Shown: positions 43,401 to 53,815, numbered from the stretch's first letter. The stretch: 64,000 bases of DNA from an uncultured Actinomycetes bacterium (GCA_963816275.1 CAWFJU010000028.1:383-64382), one strand, 5' to 3'. Numbers and translations are program-made. The notes: generated from the letters alone by a model not told the origin.

Positions 43401-43539
43401 GGACCCGCGGATCACGTTCCCCTTCTGGCACCTCGCGTCGCTCTCGGCCCTGGTGCTGGCGGCAACGATCGTCTCGGGACTGGCCGCGACCGAGCTCCTG
43501 CGCCGTCTCCATCCCGCGGAGATCCTGCGCGAGGAGTGA
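40432..43539 (+). CDS. FtsX/MacB-like ABC permease, 1035 aa, with inserted DUF11-like Ig domain
   Basis: YAWRDLVRNPRRT start; ERREHATLRVRGA and RRGEYVVLRAQG motifs; insert VELTVRNGG..ANDVVVRD...PGESVTISY. Confidence 0.88.
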   Translation: MIRYAWRDLVRNPRRTLASMIGVALGIGLFSGVLFFLDGSAATMTSRALAPLDLDIQRMVTADPDGLSLTERITGSKALEAGQQTTVELTVRNGGVAPANDVVVRDEPPQPLTYVGHSTALDGTPVPDIGGEGPLSHGVAGFGFTVGRMEPGESVTISYTAEAAEAVADVGALGPQATVSSRELPVPVEANSERILTLDELLARVSAIPGVAAADGLGMVDLPAGALTTEDAEVPDAVRLFAFDRGYLDHYPSIQVVDGALDPQGVLISVEAARSLGVAPGDEISLQIPGRYDPLSLQVSGVVDLARADPLFSSRKASKLEAFLYTPNSVVIPLETFRDQVIPAFGRERATVGTVTRTFPTLEVDALVDRDRLRADPATALRQTTAVAAAIDRIGPGQGYLIDNISNTLAVASEDAAAGKRMFLFLGLPGAILAAFLAAYAGSVLAATERREHATLRVRGAHRGHLRTIAFTKTLVIACVGSAVGVILGLASAGAILGWSALLEASVGALLLSALMAVGVGSAITAVALYLPARRSVRREVSDERHAMPASTVPAWRRLGLDAALLTAAVLIEIVVIRRGGLDPPSGSVYAGLAVSLPVGLLPAPLIVWVAGLLVCVRIILAIVARAPVPSSRHFGAIVPGIASRGLRRRSGDLASGIVGLGLVVAFGVGLALFAATYDATKADDARFTVGADLRITPSVLSAEHPGASYAAELTVPGVSGVSPVVFDLENAVLIGPFNQQRENLAAVDPTSLTSVTPLPDQVFSGATAADTLAALGADPRGVLVDEETADDLSVDVGDPVDIVLALGTKWETQERFHVVGLFARFPGLSGANLVVNLDRYREATGIDTVDLFLAGVDERSHAGLAGAVASLRSGPGARDPLHIETTETALDKDQSSLTAVNVTGLVRLNTFFALLMSATAIAIFVFGLMLQRRGEYVVLRAQGLRSGELRALVLLEAAVVTVGGLAAGVLVGTLTAILSIRILRGLFILDPRITFPFWHLASLSALVLAATIVSGLAATELLRRLHPAEILREE

Positions 43540-43662
43540 CCCGCCAGCTGGGTGTTGACCCGTACGACACCACCGGGATACCGTCGGCGCCGTAGGACCG
43601 CAGGATCCTGCGCCCGCTATCTGAGATCCGACAGTTGCATACGCACCATCGGAGGCGAGGGC

Positions 43663-44658
43663 ATGGGCGCGACGGTTACCGACTCCGCGGTCCTTCGGGC
43701 CGAGGGCTTGACGAAGTCCTACGGCTCTTGGACGGCGCTCCAGGAGCTCTCCTTCGAGCTCTGGCCCGGACACGTGATGGGGTTCCTCGGACCCAACGGC
43801 GCGGGCAAGACGACGTCGATCCGCATCCTGACCACGATCCTGCAACCGTCGGCGGGCCACTTCATGGTCGCCGGGATCGGCTCCGAGCGCCCCGCAAAGA
43901 TCCGACCGTTGATCGGCGTGCTCCCGGAGACCCTCGGGCTCCCCAACCAGATCACGGGGATCGAGTACATCACCTACTTCGGTCGGCTCTACGGGCGGAA
44001 GGGGCCGGATGCGCGGCGCCACGGCATGGCGCTGCTCGAGCTCGTGGGACTGCGGGACCGGGCTCGGTCACTCATCCGGACGTACAGCCACGGGATGCGA
44101 CAGCGGCTCGGGATCGCTCGGGCCCTGGTGAACGATCCCGTCGTCCTGTTCCTGGACGAGCCGACCCTCGGGCTCGATCCGCGCGGTCAGCGGGAGCTGC
44201 TCACCCTGCTCCGCGACGTCGCGGCGACCCGTGGCGCCGGGGTCGTCCTGTGCAGTCACGCGTTGACCGAGGTCGAAGGGATCTGCGACGACGTCGTGAT
44301 CCTGTCGTCGGGGCGCGTGGTGGCCACGGGCCCCGTCGCGGATGTCCTCGAGCGCGCCCGGCACGAGGGACCGCCGAGGACCGCGCTCCGCATCCGGGTT
44401 CCGAAGGCGGTGGTCGGGAGGGCCTCGGCGATGCTCGAGCCGCTCCCGGGGGTGACCGGCGTGTCCGCAGGGATCGTCGAGGGCCAGCTGGAGGTGAACC
44501 TCGCCGTCTCGGTCGACCCGTCTTCGTCCGACGATCGAGCGGCGAACGCGATCCTCGATGCCCTCGTGAGCGGCAAGATCCCGGTGCAGAGCTTCGAGAT
44601 CGAGGGCAGCCGGCTGCAGGACGCCTTCCTGCAACTCACGGAAGGGGCCAGTCCATGA
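43663..44658 (+). CDS. ABC-2 type ATP-binding protein
   Basis: GPNGAGKT, YSHGMRQR and LDEPTLGLDP motifs. Confidence 0.92.
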   Translation: MGATVTDSAVLRAEGLTKSYGSWTALQELSFELWPGHVMGFLGPNGAGKTTSIRILTTILQPSAGHFMVAGIGSERPAKIRPLIGVLPETLGLPNQITGIEYITYFGRLYGRKGPDARRHGMALLELVGLRDRARSLIRTYSHGMRQRLGIARALVNDPVVLFLDEPTLGLDPRGQRELLTLLRDVAATRGAGVVLCSHALTEVEGICDDVVILSSGRVVATGPVADVLERARHEGPPRTALRIRVPKAVVGRASAMLEPLPGVTGVSAGIVEGQLEVNLAVSVDPSSSDDRAANAILDALVSGKIPVQSFEIEGSRLQDAFLQLTEGASP

Positions 44659-46106
44659 GCGACGTCGCGGAGGATCGGGTCGCGGTGGACCGGCCGGCGT
44701 CGGCGACACGCGGCGCGTGGATCGCGGTGTTCCGGCAGGAGGTGATCGAGCTCTGGGTCGGCGGGAGGGCCGTCAACCTGCTGATCCTCTACAGCCTCCT
44801 GCTCGGCCTCATGACGTTCCTGCTGGCGACGAACAGCGAGCTGAACCTGATCCCGCCCAAGGAGATGGTGTTCCTGACGCTGATCAACGCGATCTCCTTC
44901 GGCATCTTCATCGGCCTGATCATCGGCGCCGACGGGATCAGCGGCGAGCGCGAGCGGGGGACGCTCGAGGTGCTGCTGCTCACCCCGGCGAGCCGGCGCC
45001 AGATCATGCTGGGCAAGCTCCTGGCCGCGCTCACGCCGTGGCCCGCGGCCTACCTCATCTCCGTGCCGACGCTCTACGTCGTGGCGCAGGGGAACGACGT
45101 CCTGGGCCAGGCCCTGGTGATCGGGGGGATCCTCGGGTCGATCCTGGCGGTGGCGTTCGCCGGGTTCGGACTGCTGGTCAGCGCGTGGTGCAACTCGAAC
45201 AAGACGAGCATGTTCATCAGTCTCGTGGTGTGGCTGCTGCTCTTCCTGCTGACGCAGCTCCCGGGCGAGGCGCAGAAAGGCGACTTCGGCTACTTCGTCC
45301 AACGGATCAACCCGATGCAGGCCAGCAGCGAGTTCCTCGAGAAGGTGCTCGTCAACAACCGAACGGTGTCCGAGAAGCTGCCCTATGCCCGGTCGTCGGT
45401 GATCGCCGCGATCCTGGTGGTGCTCGCCCTCTTCCTGTTCGCCGCGCCACGCTTGCGGCTCGACGCCGGGCGCGCCCGCCGGATGCGCGCGCGATGGGGA
45501 TCCCTCTCAGGCATGGTCCTCGCGGCCTTCCTCTTCCTCTGCCTGGGCGTCCTCTGCCTCGGCGTCGGGCCGGCGGTGGCCGGCGGGAGTCCGCTCCACC
45601 AGGCGGGCTCGGACGCCCTCTCCTTGACGCTCGACGAGACCGTGATGCAGGTGAAGACCGGCGACGAGTTCAAGTTCGACACGCTGCTCGAGAACAACGG
45701 GACCGAGGATTCGCCACCGATCGTCATGGCGATGAACATCATCAAGATCTCGTCATCCGGCGACGTGGTGGACCCGGAGGACTGGTCGCCGCAGCGCACC
45801 CAGTACGTGCCGACGGTCGCCGCCGGCGATGCGGTCCGGCAGTCCTGGACGATCGAAGCGATCTTGAAGGGCGACTACATGGTGTACCTGGTCGCCATCC
45901 CCCAGCCGGCGGACGCGGGCTCCACCAGTCAGCCCGTCGCGAGCTCGGGGCTCCACATGACGGTCGGCGCCTTCTCGAACCTCAATCCCGAAGGCGTGCT
46001 CCCGGTGGTGATCGCCGTGCCGATCGGCGTGACGGTGCTCCTGTTGCTCCTGATCCGATTCCGACTCCGACGGCTCGGGCGCGACGAGCCGACCCAGGCC
46101 GCCTGA
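44655..46106 (+). CDS. ABC-2 permease fused to an extracellular beta domain and C-terminal TM
   Basis: ISGERERGTLEVLLLTP..LGK motif. True start is ATG 44655 (ATGA overlap). Confidence 0.85.
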   Translation: MSDVAEDRVAVDRPASATRGAWIAVFRQEVIELWVGGRAVNLLILYSLLLGLMTFLLATNSELNLIPPKEMVFLTLINAISFGIFIGLIIGADGISGERERGTLEVLLLTPASRRQIMLGKLLAALTPWPAAYLISVPTLYVVAQGNDVLGQALVIGGILGSILAVAFAGFGLLVSAWCNSNKTSMFISLVVWLLLFLLTQLPGEAQKGDFGYFVQRINPMQASSEFLEKVLVNNRTVSEKLPYARSSVIAAILVVLALFLFAAPRLRLDAGRARRMRARWGSLSGMVLAAFLFLCLGVLCLGVGPAVAGGSPLHQAGSDALSLTLDETVMQVKTGDEFKFDTLLENNGTEDSPPIVMAMNIIKISSSGDVVDPEDWSPQRTQYVPTVAAGDAVRQSWTIEAILKGDYMVYLVAIPQPADAGSTSQPVASSGLHMTVGAFSNLNPEGVLPVVIAVPIGVTVLLLLLIRFRLRRLGRDEPTQAA

Positions 46107-46142
46107 GGATGCGGACCTCGCGTCGGTAGCCCGGCCCCGGAG

Positions 46143-46231
46143 CGGAGACGCCGGGATTCGAACCCGGGAAGGAGTGTTATCCCCTTAACCGCTTAGCAGG
46201 CGGCTCCTTTCGGCCACTCAGGCACGTCTCC
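46143..46231 (-). tRNA. tRNA-Ser(GCT), CCA not encoded
   Basis: GGAGACG/CGTCTCC acceptor, GCCGC-CTGCTAA-GCGGT anticodon arm, long variable arm, CCGGG-TTCGAAT-CCCGG T-arm and G discriminator. Confidence 0.96.
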
Positions 46232-46321
46232 GCCGTCGATTCTAGGGAACCGCGACCACTGTGACCGGGAGGCGAGGGAACCGTGGCGCGAGCCGGCTGA
46301 CACCCAACTACCATCGCGGCG

Positions 46322-47992
46322 ATGACGCGCGCGCGGATCGACCGATGGCTCCCCTCATGGGCGACGCTGCGAACCGACGCGGTGGCAGGCATCCCGGGCG
46401 CGATCGCGGGCGTGCCCGACGGCATGGCGGCGAGCGTCATCGCCGGCGTGAATCCGATCCACGGGCTGTACGCGAGCTTCGCGGGGCCGATCTTCGGCGG
46501 TGGCGCCGCGAGCACGCAGCTGATGGTGATCACGACCACGAGCGCCGCCGCGCTCGCCGCCGGGGAGGCGATCTCCACGCTGCCGCCGGACGAACGCACT
46601 GGGGCGCTCTTCCTCCTCACGCTGCTCGCCGGTGCGGCGATGATCGTCGCCGGCATCGTCCGGCTCGGCCGCTACACGCGCTTCGTCTCGCACTCCGTGA
46701 TGGTGGGGTTCCTCTCCGGCGTGGCCGTGAACATCGTGCTCGGCCAGATCCCGGATCTCACCGGCACGCGAGCGGAGGCGACCGGCACCCTCGCGATCCA
46801 GAAGGCGGCCTGGGTCGTGTTGCACCCCCGATCGATCGACCTCCCGACCCTGTTCACGGGCTTGGCCGCGATCGCGATCGTCGTCCTGCTGCGGCCCACC
46901 CGGTTCTCGAGGGTCGGCGCACTCCTGGCCCTCATCGTGCCCACCGCGATCGCCGCCGCGCTCGATGCAGGGGTGACCACCGTCGCGGGCAACGCCGCGA
47001 TCCCCAGCGGCATCCCGCTGCCGGCGATCCCGAACCTCGATCTCTTCTCGATCCATCTGCTGGTCGGAGCGCTCTCGGTCGCGGCGATCGTGCTCGTGCA
47101 GGGGGCGGGCGTCAGCGAATCGGCGCCGAACCTCGACGGCACGCGGACACAGCAGAACCGGGACTTCATCGCGCAGGGTCTCGGGAACCTCGCGAGCGGC
47201 TTGTTCCAGGGCCAGCCCGTCGGCGGGTCGGTCGGACGGACCGCGCTGAACGTGTCGACCGGGGCCCGCAGCCGATGGGCCGCGATCTGGTCGGGGGTTT
47301 GGATGATCGCGATCCTCGTCGCTTTCGGCGGCCTGATCGGGAAGGTCGCCATGGCCACGCTCGCGGGCTTGCTGATCGCCGCGGCCATCGGGGCGCTCCG
47401 GACCGGCGAGATGTGGACGATCATGCGCACCGGACCGATCTCGCAGGTGGTGCTCCTCACGACGTTCATCGCCACGCTGGTCCTCCCGATCCCGGCGGCG
47501 GTCGGGATCGGCGTCGCGCTCTCCCTCCTGCTGCAGCTCAACAAGGAGGCGATGGACCTTCGCGTGGTGGAGCTCGTGATGGCGCCCGACCAGCGGTTCG
47601 AGGAACGACCCGCGCCGACCACCCTCCCCGCCCACCGGGTCACGCTGTTGGATGCGTACGGAAGCCTGCTCTACGCGGGCGCGAAGACCCTCGAGCGGCG
47701 CCTGCCCGATCCGGGCGACGCCGAGACGCCCGTCGTCGTGCTGCGTCTGCGAGGACGAACCACCTTGGGCTCGACGTTCTTCACGGTCGCCAACGACTAC
47801 GCGGCGCGGCTGCACTCGCGCGGCGGTCGCCTCTACCTCAGCGGCGTCTCCCACGAGCTCGCCGAGCAGATGCGGGCGGCGCACGTCGTCGAGCACACCG
47901 AGGGGCTCCACATCGTGGAGGCCACGCCCGTGATCGGCGAGTCGAGCCTCGAGGCGTTCGACCGGGCCACCGCCTGGCTCGCCGGTCGGTAG
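46322..47992 (+). CDS. SulP-family anion permease with STAS domain
   Basis: DAVAG...VPDGMA...GVNPIHGLY, GSVGRT and GSLLYAGA motifs. Confidence 0.92.
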   Translation: MTRARIDRWLPSWATLRTDAVAGIPGAIAGVPDGMAASVIAGVNPIHGLYASFAGPIFGGGAASTQLMVITTTSAAALAAGEAISTLPPDERTGALFLLTLLAGAAMIVAGIVRLGRYTRFVSHSVMVGFLSGVAVNIVLGQIPDLTGTRAEATGTLAIQKAAWVVLHPRSIDLPTLFTGLAAIAIVVLLRPTRFSRVGALLALIVPTAIAAALDAGVTTVAGNAAIPSGIPLPAIPNLDLFSIHLLVGALSVAAIVLVQGAGVSESAPNLDGTRTQQNRDFIAQGLGNLASGLFQGQPVGGSVGRTALNVSTGARSRWAAIWSGVWMIAILVAFGGLIGKVAMATLAGLLIAAAIGALRTGEMWTIMRTGPISQVVLLTTFIATLVLPIPAAVGIGVALSLLLQLNKEAMDLRVVELVMAPDQRFEERPAPTTLPAHRVTLLDAYGSLLYAGAKTLERRLPDPGDAETPVVVLRLRGRTTLGSTFFTVANDYAARLHSRGGRLYLSGVSHELAEQMRAAHVVEHTEGLHIVEATPVIGESSLEAFDRATAWLAGR

Positions 47993-48001
47993 GCTCCCGC
48001 C

Positions 48002-49177
48002 ATGCCCGACGCGTTGATCATCGGGGGCGGCGTGATCGGGGCCGCGTGCGCCGCCGAGCTGGCGCGGCGTGGCGCCGACGTGACGCTCGTCGAGCGCGAC
48101 CACCTCGCGGCGCACGCGTCCGGGCGGAACCAGGGACTCTGGGTGCTCCCCGAGGACGACGCGACCGTCCCGATGGCCACGCGGAGCCTGGCCCGGTACC
48201 TCGCGCTCGCGCCGGACGCGCCGATCGACATCCAGCTCGACCCCGAGCCGATCGGGCTCGTGATGGTCGCCCAGGCCGACGAGGAGCTGGAGGCCGCGAG
48301 GCACGCGGCCGGGGTGGCCGAACGCGCCGGCACCATGGTCGAACGGCTCGATGCGGCACGGCTCGCCGAGCTCGAGCCGGCGCTCACGCCCGGCGTGGCG
48401 GGCGCCTGGCTCGTCCACCACGGCCACCGATTGGACCCGGGGGCGCTCACGGTCGCGATGGCGCTGGAGGCGAGGGACCGAGGGGCCACGATCCGGCACC
48501 ACACGAACGCCCGGGCGCTCGCCGTCCGGGGCGACCGCGTCGTGGGGGCCGTCACCGACGACGGCGTGCTGGAGGCCGACGTCACGATCATCGCCGGCGG
48601 CCCGTGGTCGACACGACTGCTCGACCCGGTCGGCGTGTCGCTGCCCGTCGTCGGCGCCCGCGGCTGGCTCGTGCGCGTCGCCCCCCCACCCGGACTCGTC
48701 CGACATCTCGTCGAGGCCGTCGCCGCCCATGCGGCGCTCCGCCAGGAGAACCCGTCCGGGCTCCCCACCGCCGAGGAGGTCGCGGAACGGGGATTCCCTC
48801 AGGACGTGCTGGGCACGATCATGCACCCACACCCGGACGGCACCGTCGTCGTCGGGTCGTCGCGACAGACCTGGCTCACCCCCGAGCCCGACGACGCGAC
48901 CGTCGTGCGACGGCTCCTCGCGGCGGCGATCGAGCTGGCCCCGGCGCTCGCCGACGCGACGGTCGGGTCCTCGTGGTGGGGGGTCCGGCCCCTGAGTCCC
49001 GACGAGCGGCCCTTCGTGGGGCAGGTGCGGGACGGGCTCTTCGTGGCGACCGGTCACGGCTCCGAAGGCGTGATCCTCGGCGCGGGCACGGCCGAACTGC
49101 TCGGCACACTGATCGACGGCGGCGATCCGCCGTTCGATCCGACGCCGTTCGATCCGCACCGGTTCTCGGTGCGCTGA
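48002..49177 (+). CDS. FAD-dependent oxidoreductase (DAO/glycine oxidase/sarcosine oxidase beta family)
   Basis: IIGGGVIG, ASGRNQG, GVRPLSPD and TGHGSEG motifs. Confidence 0.9.
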   Translation: MPDALIIGGGVIGAACAAELARRGADVTLVERDHLAAHASGRNQGLWVLPEDDATVPMATRSLARYLALAPDAPIDIQLDPEPIGLVMVAQADEELEAARHAAGVAERAGTMVERLDAARLAELEPALTPGVAGAWLVHHGHRLDPGALTVAMALEARDRGATIRHHTNARALAVRGDRVVGAVTDDGVLEADVTIIAGGPWSTRLLDPVGVSLPVVGARGWLVRVAPPPGLVRHLVEAVAAHAALRQENPSGLPTAEEVAERGFPQDVLGTIMHPHPDGTVVVGSSRQTWLTPEPDDATVVRRLLAAAIELAPALADATVGSSWWGVRPLSPDERPFVGQVRDGLFVATGHGSEGVILGAGTAELLGTLIDGGDPPFDPTPFDPHRFSVR

Positions 49178-49187
49178 CGCCGGTCCG

Positions 49188-50459
49188 TCAGACGAGCAGG
49201 TACGCGATCGGCGCCGCGACCATCGCGGCCAACGCCAGCCCGACGAGGACGTTCGACAACCGGCCCGAGCGCCAGCGACCGACCGTGCCCTCGTCGTTCG
49301 CGAGCAGCAGCATCAGCAGGATCAGCGGCGGGGCGACCAGCCCGTTCAGCACGGCGGCGAGGAACAGGCCGTGGATCGGATCGATCCCCACGAAGTCCAT
49401 CGCCAGCCCGGCGAGGACCGCGACCACGATCACGAGGTAGAACCCGCGCGCCTGTCGGAGCGACCGGCTGAGGCCCTCGTGCCACCCGAACGCCTCCGCC
49501 ATCGCGTAGCCGGTCGAGCCGGCGAGGACCGGGATCGCGAGCGCTCCAGTGCCGACGATCCCGAGCGTGAACAACAGGCTCGCGAACCGGCCGGCGGCGG
49601 GTTCCAGCGCGCTCGCCGCCTGGGCGGCGGTCGCGACCTGGCCCCCGTGCGTCCCGTGGAGGGCCGTCGCGGCCGCCACCATGATCGCGAACATCACGCC
49701 GACGGCCGAGATCATCCCCGCGGCGACGTCCCCGCGCATCGCCTCGACGTGCGGCTCGTCGACCGGCTCCTCCGCGGTGCCCTCGAGCTCCTCCTCCTCG
49801 ACCTCCTCGCTCGCCTGCCAGAAGAAGAGGTAGGGCGAGATCGTCGTACCGAGGATCGCGATGATGGCCGCGAGTTCCGGACGCGTCCACGAGACGGTCG
49901 GGACGAAGGTCGCGTGCAGCACCTCCGCCCAGTCGACCTTCACCACGACCAGTACCGCCACGTAGGCGACCAGAGAAAGCGTGAGCCATCGCAGCACCTT
50001 CGAGTACCGCCGGTAGGAGATCCCGACCTCGAGCCCGATCAGCGCGAGCGCCAGCACGAGGAGCACGATCGAGAACGGCACGGGCAGCAGCAGTCGGACG
50101 GCGGCGGCCATCGAGGCCAGGTCGGCTCCGATGTTGAAGACGTTCGCGATGCCGACGAGGGCGACCGCGAACCACAGCACGGGCCGAGGGAACCGCCGTC
50201 CGATCGACGTGGCGAGGCCGTGTCCCGTGGTGATCCCGAGCCGGCCGGCCGTCTCCTGGACCGCGGTGGCCAGCGGCAGGGTGAGCGGCGCCATCCACAG
50301 GAGCCCGTACCCGAAGGCCGCGCCCACCTGCGAGTAGGTACCGATGCCCGAGGGGTCGTCGTCGGCGGCCCCGGTGACGACCGCGGGCCCGAGGCGCGCG
50401 AAGTAGCCGAAGCCTCGCAGGTGCCGTCGGGTCGCGTGGTGTCGTCGGCGAGGGACCAC
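49188..50459 (-). CDS. Nramp-family divalent metal transporter
   Basis: GAADDDPSGIGTYSQ and GTTISPYLFFWQ motifs. Confidence 0.92.
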   Translation of the reverse strand: MVPRRRHHATRRHLRGFGYFARLGPAVVTGAADDDPSGIGTYSQVGAAFGYGLLWMAPLTLPLATAVQETAGRLGITTGHGLATSIGRRFPRPVLWFAVALVGIANVFNIGADLASMAAAVRLLLPVPFSIVLLVLALALIGLEVGISYRRYSKVLRWLTLSLVAYVAVLVVVKVDWAEVLHATFVPTVSWTRPELAAIIAILGTTISPYLFFWQASEEVEEEELEGTAEEPVDEPHVEAMRGDVAAGMISAVGVMFAIMVAAATALHGTHGGQVATAAQAASALEPAAGRFASLLFTLGIVGTGALAIPVLAGSTGYAMAEAFGWHEGLSRSLRQARGFYLVIVVAVLAGLAMDFVGIDPIHGLFLAAVLNGLVAPPLILLMLLLANDEGTVGRWRSGRLSNVLVGLALAAMVAAPIAYLLV

Positions 50460-50484
50460 CCCGCCACCCTATCCCGGGCGCGCG

Positions 50485-51569
50485 CTAGGTCCCGAGGCGG
50501 CCCGCTCGTTCGAGCGCGGCGACCACGCGATCGACCGGCATCGCGTGGAGGGTGTGCCCATCGCGGCCCGTGGTGGTCTCGGCTGCGACGAGGGCGTTCG
50601 CGACCGCCTCCTCCGTAGCCTCGATCGTGGCCCGGAACACCTCGGACAGGAGCCACGGCGCGCCGGTCGGCCCGTCGACGACCACGCGGACCTGCCGCTC
50701 GGGCGCGCCCGGCCCCGATCGGTTGGCCGTCGAGAACGCGAGCATCTGCTCACCGCTGCCGTTCGAGGCGTAGGAACCGGTGGCAGCCAAACCCATCCCC
50801 GCGCGCTGGGCAACCCGCGTGAGCTGGTGCGGCAGGAGAGGTGCGTCGGTCGCCACGACGACCACGCACGACCCTCGGCGTGCTCTTCGGGCATCAGGTC
50901 GGGGATCTCACGCCCTACGGGCACGCCGTCGATCCGGAGGAACTCGCGGTCGCCGTAGTTCGTGAGCACCAGGGCGCCCACGGTGTACCCGCCCGCCGCG
51001 GTTCCGAGCACCCGCGAGGCGGTGCCGATCCCGCCTTTGAAGTCGAAGCACTGCATCCCGGTACCCGCCCCGATGCAACCCTCCTCGACCGGGCCCGGCG
51101 CCGCCGCATCGAGCGCGGCCGCGACGTCGTCATCCCTCAGCGGGAACGAGAGGACATCCGAGAGCCGCGAGTCGTCGCACTCGGTCACGACCGGCATGAC
51201 CTCCCTGGCGCCCTCGGGGTCACGCGTGGCGATCCACCGCACGGTGGCGTCGTACGCCTTCCCGATCTGGAGGGACGACGTGAGCACGATCGGGCTCATC
51301 AGCAGGCCCCACTCGCGCAGCTGGTTCACGCCGATCAGCTCGCCGTAGCCGTTCAGGATGTGGACGCCGGCGTACACCCACTCTCGCCACGGGTCGGCCT
51401 CGGCCGGGAAGACGGCGGTCACGCCGGTGCGGACCGCTCGCGGTCCGTCGCCGCGCACGATCGTACGATGGCCGACCCGCACCCCGGGGACGTCGGTGAT
51501 CGCGTTCATCGGCCCGGGAGCACCGAGGCCGATGCGGATGCCCAGATCGCGCGCACGTGGCTTCGTCAT
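50485..51569 (-). CDS. DmpA/P1-family (S58) aminopeptidase; frameshift at ~50870
   Basis: NAITDVPGVRVGH, GAGTGM..FKGGIG, VVVATDAPL and NGSGE motifs. Confidence 0.9.
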
Positions 51570-51643
51570 GGCGGGGCATGCTACCGGGCGAACGGGTTTC
51601 GGAGGAGCGGTCGAGACGGCTAGACTCCCTGGCCTACCTGCCC

Positions 51644-52919
51644 ATGGCCATCCTCACCCTCGGGATCTCCTTCCGTCGCGCGCCGATCGAGCTGCTCGAG
51701 CGGCTCGCCTTCACCGACGACGACTTCGCGAAGGCGTACCGGCACGCCCTCGACCTGGACGGCATCGACGAGGCCGTGATCCTGTCCACATGCAACCGCG
51801 TCGAGGTCACCGCGAGCGTGCCGAGCTACCACGCGGGCTTCCTGGCGTTGAAGCGCCTACTCACCGAGACCCGGGGCGTGGCGCCCGAGGACCTGGCCGA
51901 GCCGCTGTACTCCCACTGGGAGCAGGACGCCGCCGACCACCTGTTCGCGGTCGCCGCGGGGCTCGACTCGATGGTGCTCGGCGAGACGCAGATCCATGCA
52001 CAGGTCCGTGAGGCCCTCCGCCGCGCCGAGGCCGAGGACGCCGCGGGACCGGCGCTCACGGGCCTGTTCCAGGCGGCGGCCCGTGCGGGACGGCGCGTCC
52101 GCCAGGAGACCTCGCTCGGCGCCGCGCCCGATGCGTTCGTCGCGCTCGGGGCGGACCTCGCGGACGAGGCCCTGGGCGGCCTCGGCGATCGCGACGTGCT
52201 CGTCGTGGGCGCCGGGCAGATGGCCGCGCTCGCCGTGAAGCACCTCCGGCGCGGGGGCGTGGGACCGGTCCGCATCCTGAACCGCTCCCTCGAACACGCT
52301 CGGGCGCTCGCCGAGCGCACGAACGCGGCGCACGGGGATCTCGACGCCCTCCCCGATGCCCTCCGGCACGCCGACCTCGTCGTGAGCGCCACGGGCGCGG
52401 CGGGGATCGTGGTGCACCGCGACGTCGTCGCGCATGCGATGGCCCAGCGCGCCGGGAGACCACTGGTGCTGCTGGATCTCGCGGTGCCGCGGGACGTCGA
52501 GTCCGAGACCGCCTACCTCGACGACGTCCGCGTGATCGACATCGTGTCGCTCCGTGAGCAGCTCGGCCGCGCACGACCCGGCCACCGCCGGCGACATCGT
52601 GCGGGCCCACGAGCTCGTCGCCGACGAGGTCCGTCGATACACGGTGCGGCGACGCGCCGACGACCTCGCCCCGCTGATCCGTGCGATCCGCACCCGCGGC
52701 GACGAGGTGATGCGCGCCGAACTCGACCGGCAAGCCTCGCGCCTGACCGAGCTCACGCTCGATGAGCGCGAGGCGGTGGAGGCCGTCGCGCGCGGCATCG
52801 TCGCGAAGCTCCTGCACGATCCGATCGTGGAGCTGAAGGAGCGGTCGGAGCCGGGCACCGACGGCATCCACGCCCGGGTGCTCGCCGAGTTGCTCGGCGT
52901 CGATCCCGAGGCGGAGTGA
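51644..52919 (+). CDS. hemA: Glutamyl-tRNA reductase; frameshift at ~52565
   Basis: LSTCNRVE, GLDSMVLGETQI, GAGQM and DLAVPRD motifs; tail IVAKLLHDP in the 52554..52919 frame. Confidence 0.95.
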
Positions 52920-53815
52920 CCACGCTCCGCATCGGCACGCGTCGCTCGCCGTTGGCCGTCGCTCAGGCCGAGGAAGTGGCCTCCAGGCTCGGCGCGCACG
53001 GGATCGAGAGCGAGCTCGTCCCGATGCGCACCTCGGGGGACGAGGGCGCGGCGCCGGACACCTCGCCCCAGGGCCTCAAGGGCCTGTGGATCGACACGAT
53101 CCTCGATGCCCTCGAGGCGGGTGAGATCGATCTCGCGGTCCACTCCGCGAAGGACCTCCCCGCCGAGGACGACGACGGGTTCGTGATCGGGGCGGTGCCG
53201 GAGCGCGCCGATCATCGAGACGTGCTGATCACCCGGGAGGAACGCCTGAAGCCGGACGCGGTGATCGGGACCTCGAGCGTCCGCCGGCGAGCGCAGCTGC
53301 TGGCCGCGTTCCCCGGCCTGACCGTCGCCCCGCTCCGGGGCAACGTCGATACGCGGCTCCGCAAGCTCGCCGACGGTGAGGTCGACGCGATGGTCCTGGC
53401 GGCGGCAGGGCTGGCGCGTCTCGGCATCGTGCCCGACCACGCCCGGCCGCTCGAGGCGAGCGAGATGGTGCCCGCGCCCGGTCAGGGCTGTCTCGCGCTC
53501 CAATGTCGTGACGACGACGACCGGACGCTCGAGGCGCTCGGTCCGCTCGACGATCGCACCTCGCACCTCGCCCTCGACGCCGAGCGGTCGCTGATGTGGC
53601 GGCTCGGAGGGGGCTGCGCGCTCCCGCTGGGCGCCTTCGCCTCGGTCGACGGCGACGCCGTGCGCCTGGTGGCGATGATCGCGACGCCGGACGGCGCCCT
53701 CGTCCTCCGTGTCGACGAGACCGCCGGCACCCCCGAGGACGTCGCCGGGCTCGCCGCCCGAGCCCTGATCGCCGCGGGGGCCGAGGAGATCCTCGCCGAG
53801 GTCGTCGCGGAGTGA
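52916..53815 (+). CDS. hemC: Hydroxymethylbilane synthase
   Basis: IGTRRSPLA, AVHSAKD, GTSSVRR, RGNVDTR and GGGC motifs. Confidence 0.97.
   Translation: MTTLRIGTRRSPLAVAQAEEVASRLGAHGIESELVPMRTSGDEGAAPDTSPQGLKGLWIDTILDALEAGEIDLAVHSAKDLPAEDDDGFVIGAVPERADHRDVLITREERLKPDAVIGTSSVRRRAQLLAAFPGLTVAPLRGNVDTRLRKLADGEVDAMVLAAAGLARLGIVPDHARPLEASEMVPAPGQGCLALQCRDDDDRTLEALGPLDDRTSHLALDAERSLMWRLGGGCALPLGAFASVDGDAVRLVAMIATPDGALVLRVDETAGTPEDVAGLAARALIAAGAEEILAEVVAE

Noticed and set aside
39637-49440. Very long alternative-frame ORFs (969, 934 and 1059 aa)
   Set aside because: Shadow ORFs typical of high-GC DNA; they overlap clearly identified genes and carry no motifs.
49188-50459. Nramp as part of the copper-oxidase system
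   Set aside because: It is 25 kb away with no operon link, so it is not evidence for Mn oxidation.
51644-52919. hemA pseudogene or programmed frameshift
   Set aside because: A single indel in an otherwise intact operon, with no slippery site seen, fits the sequencing-error pattern elsewhere.
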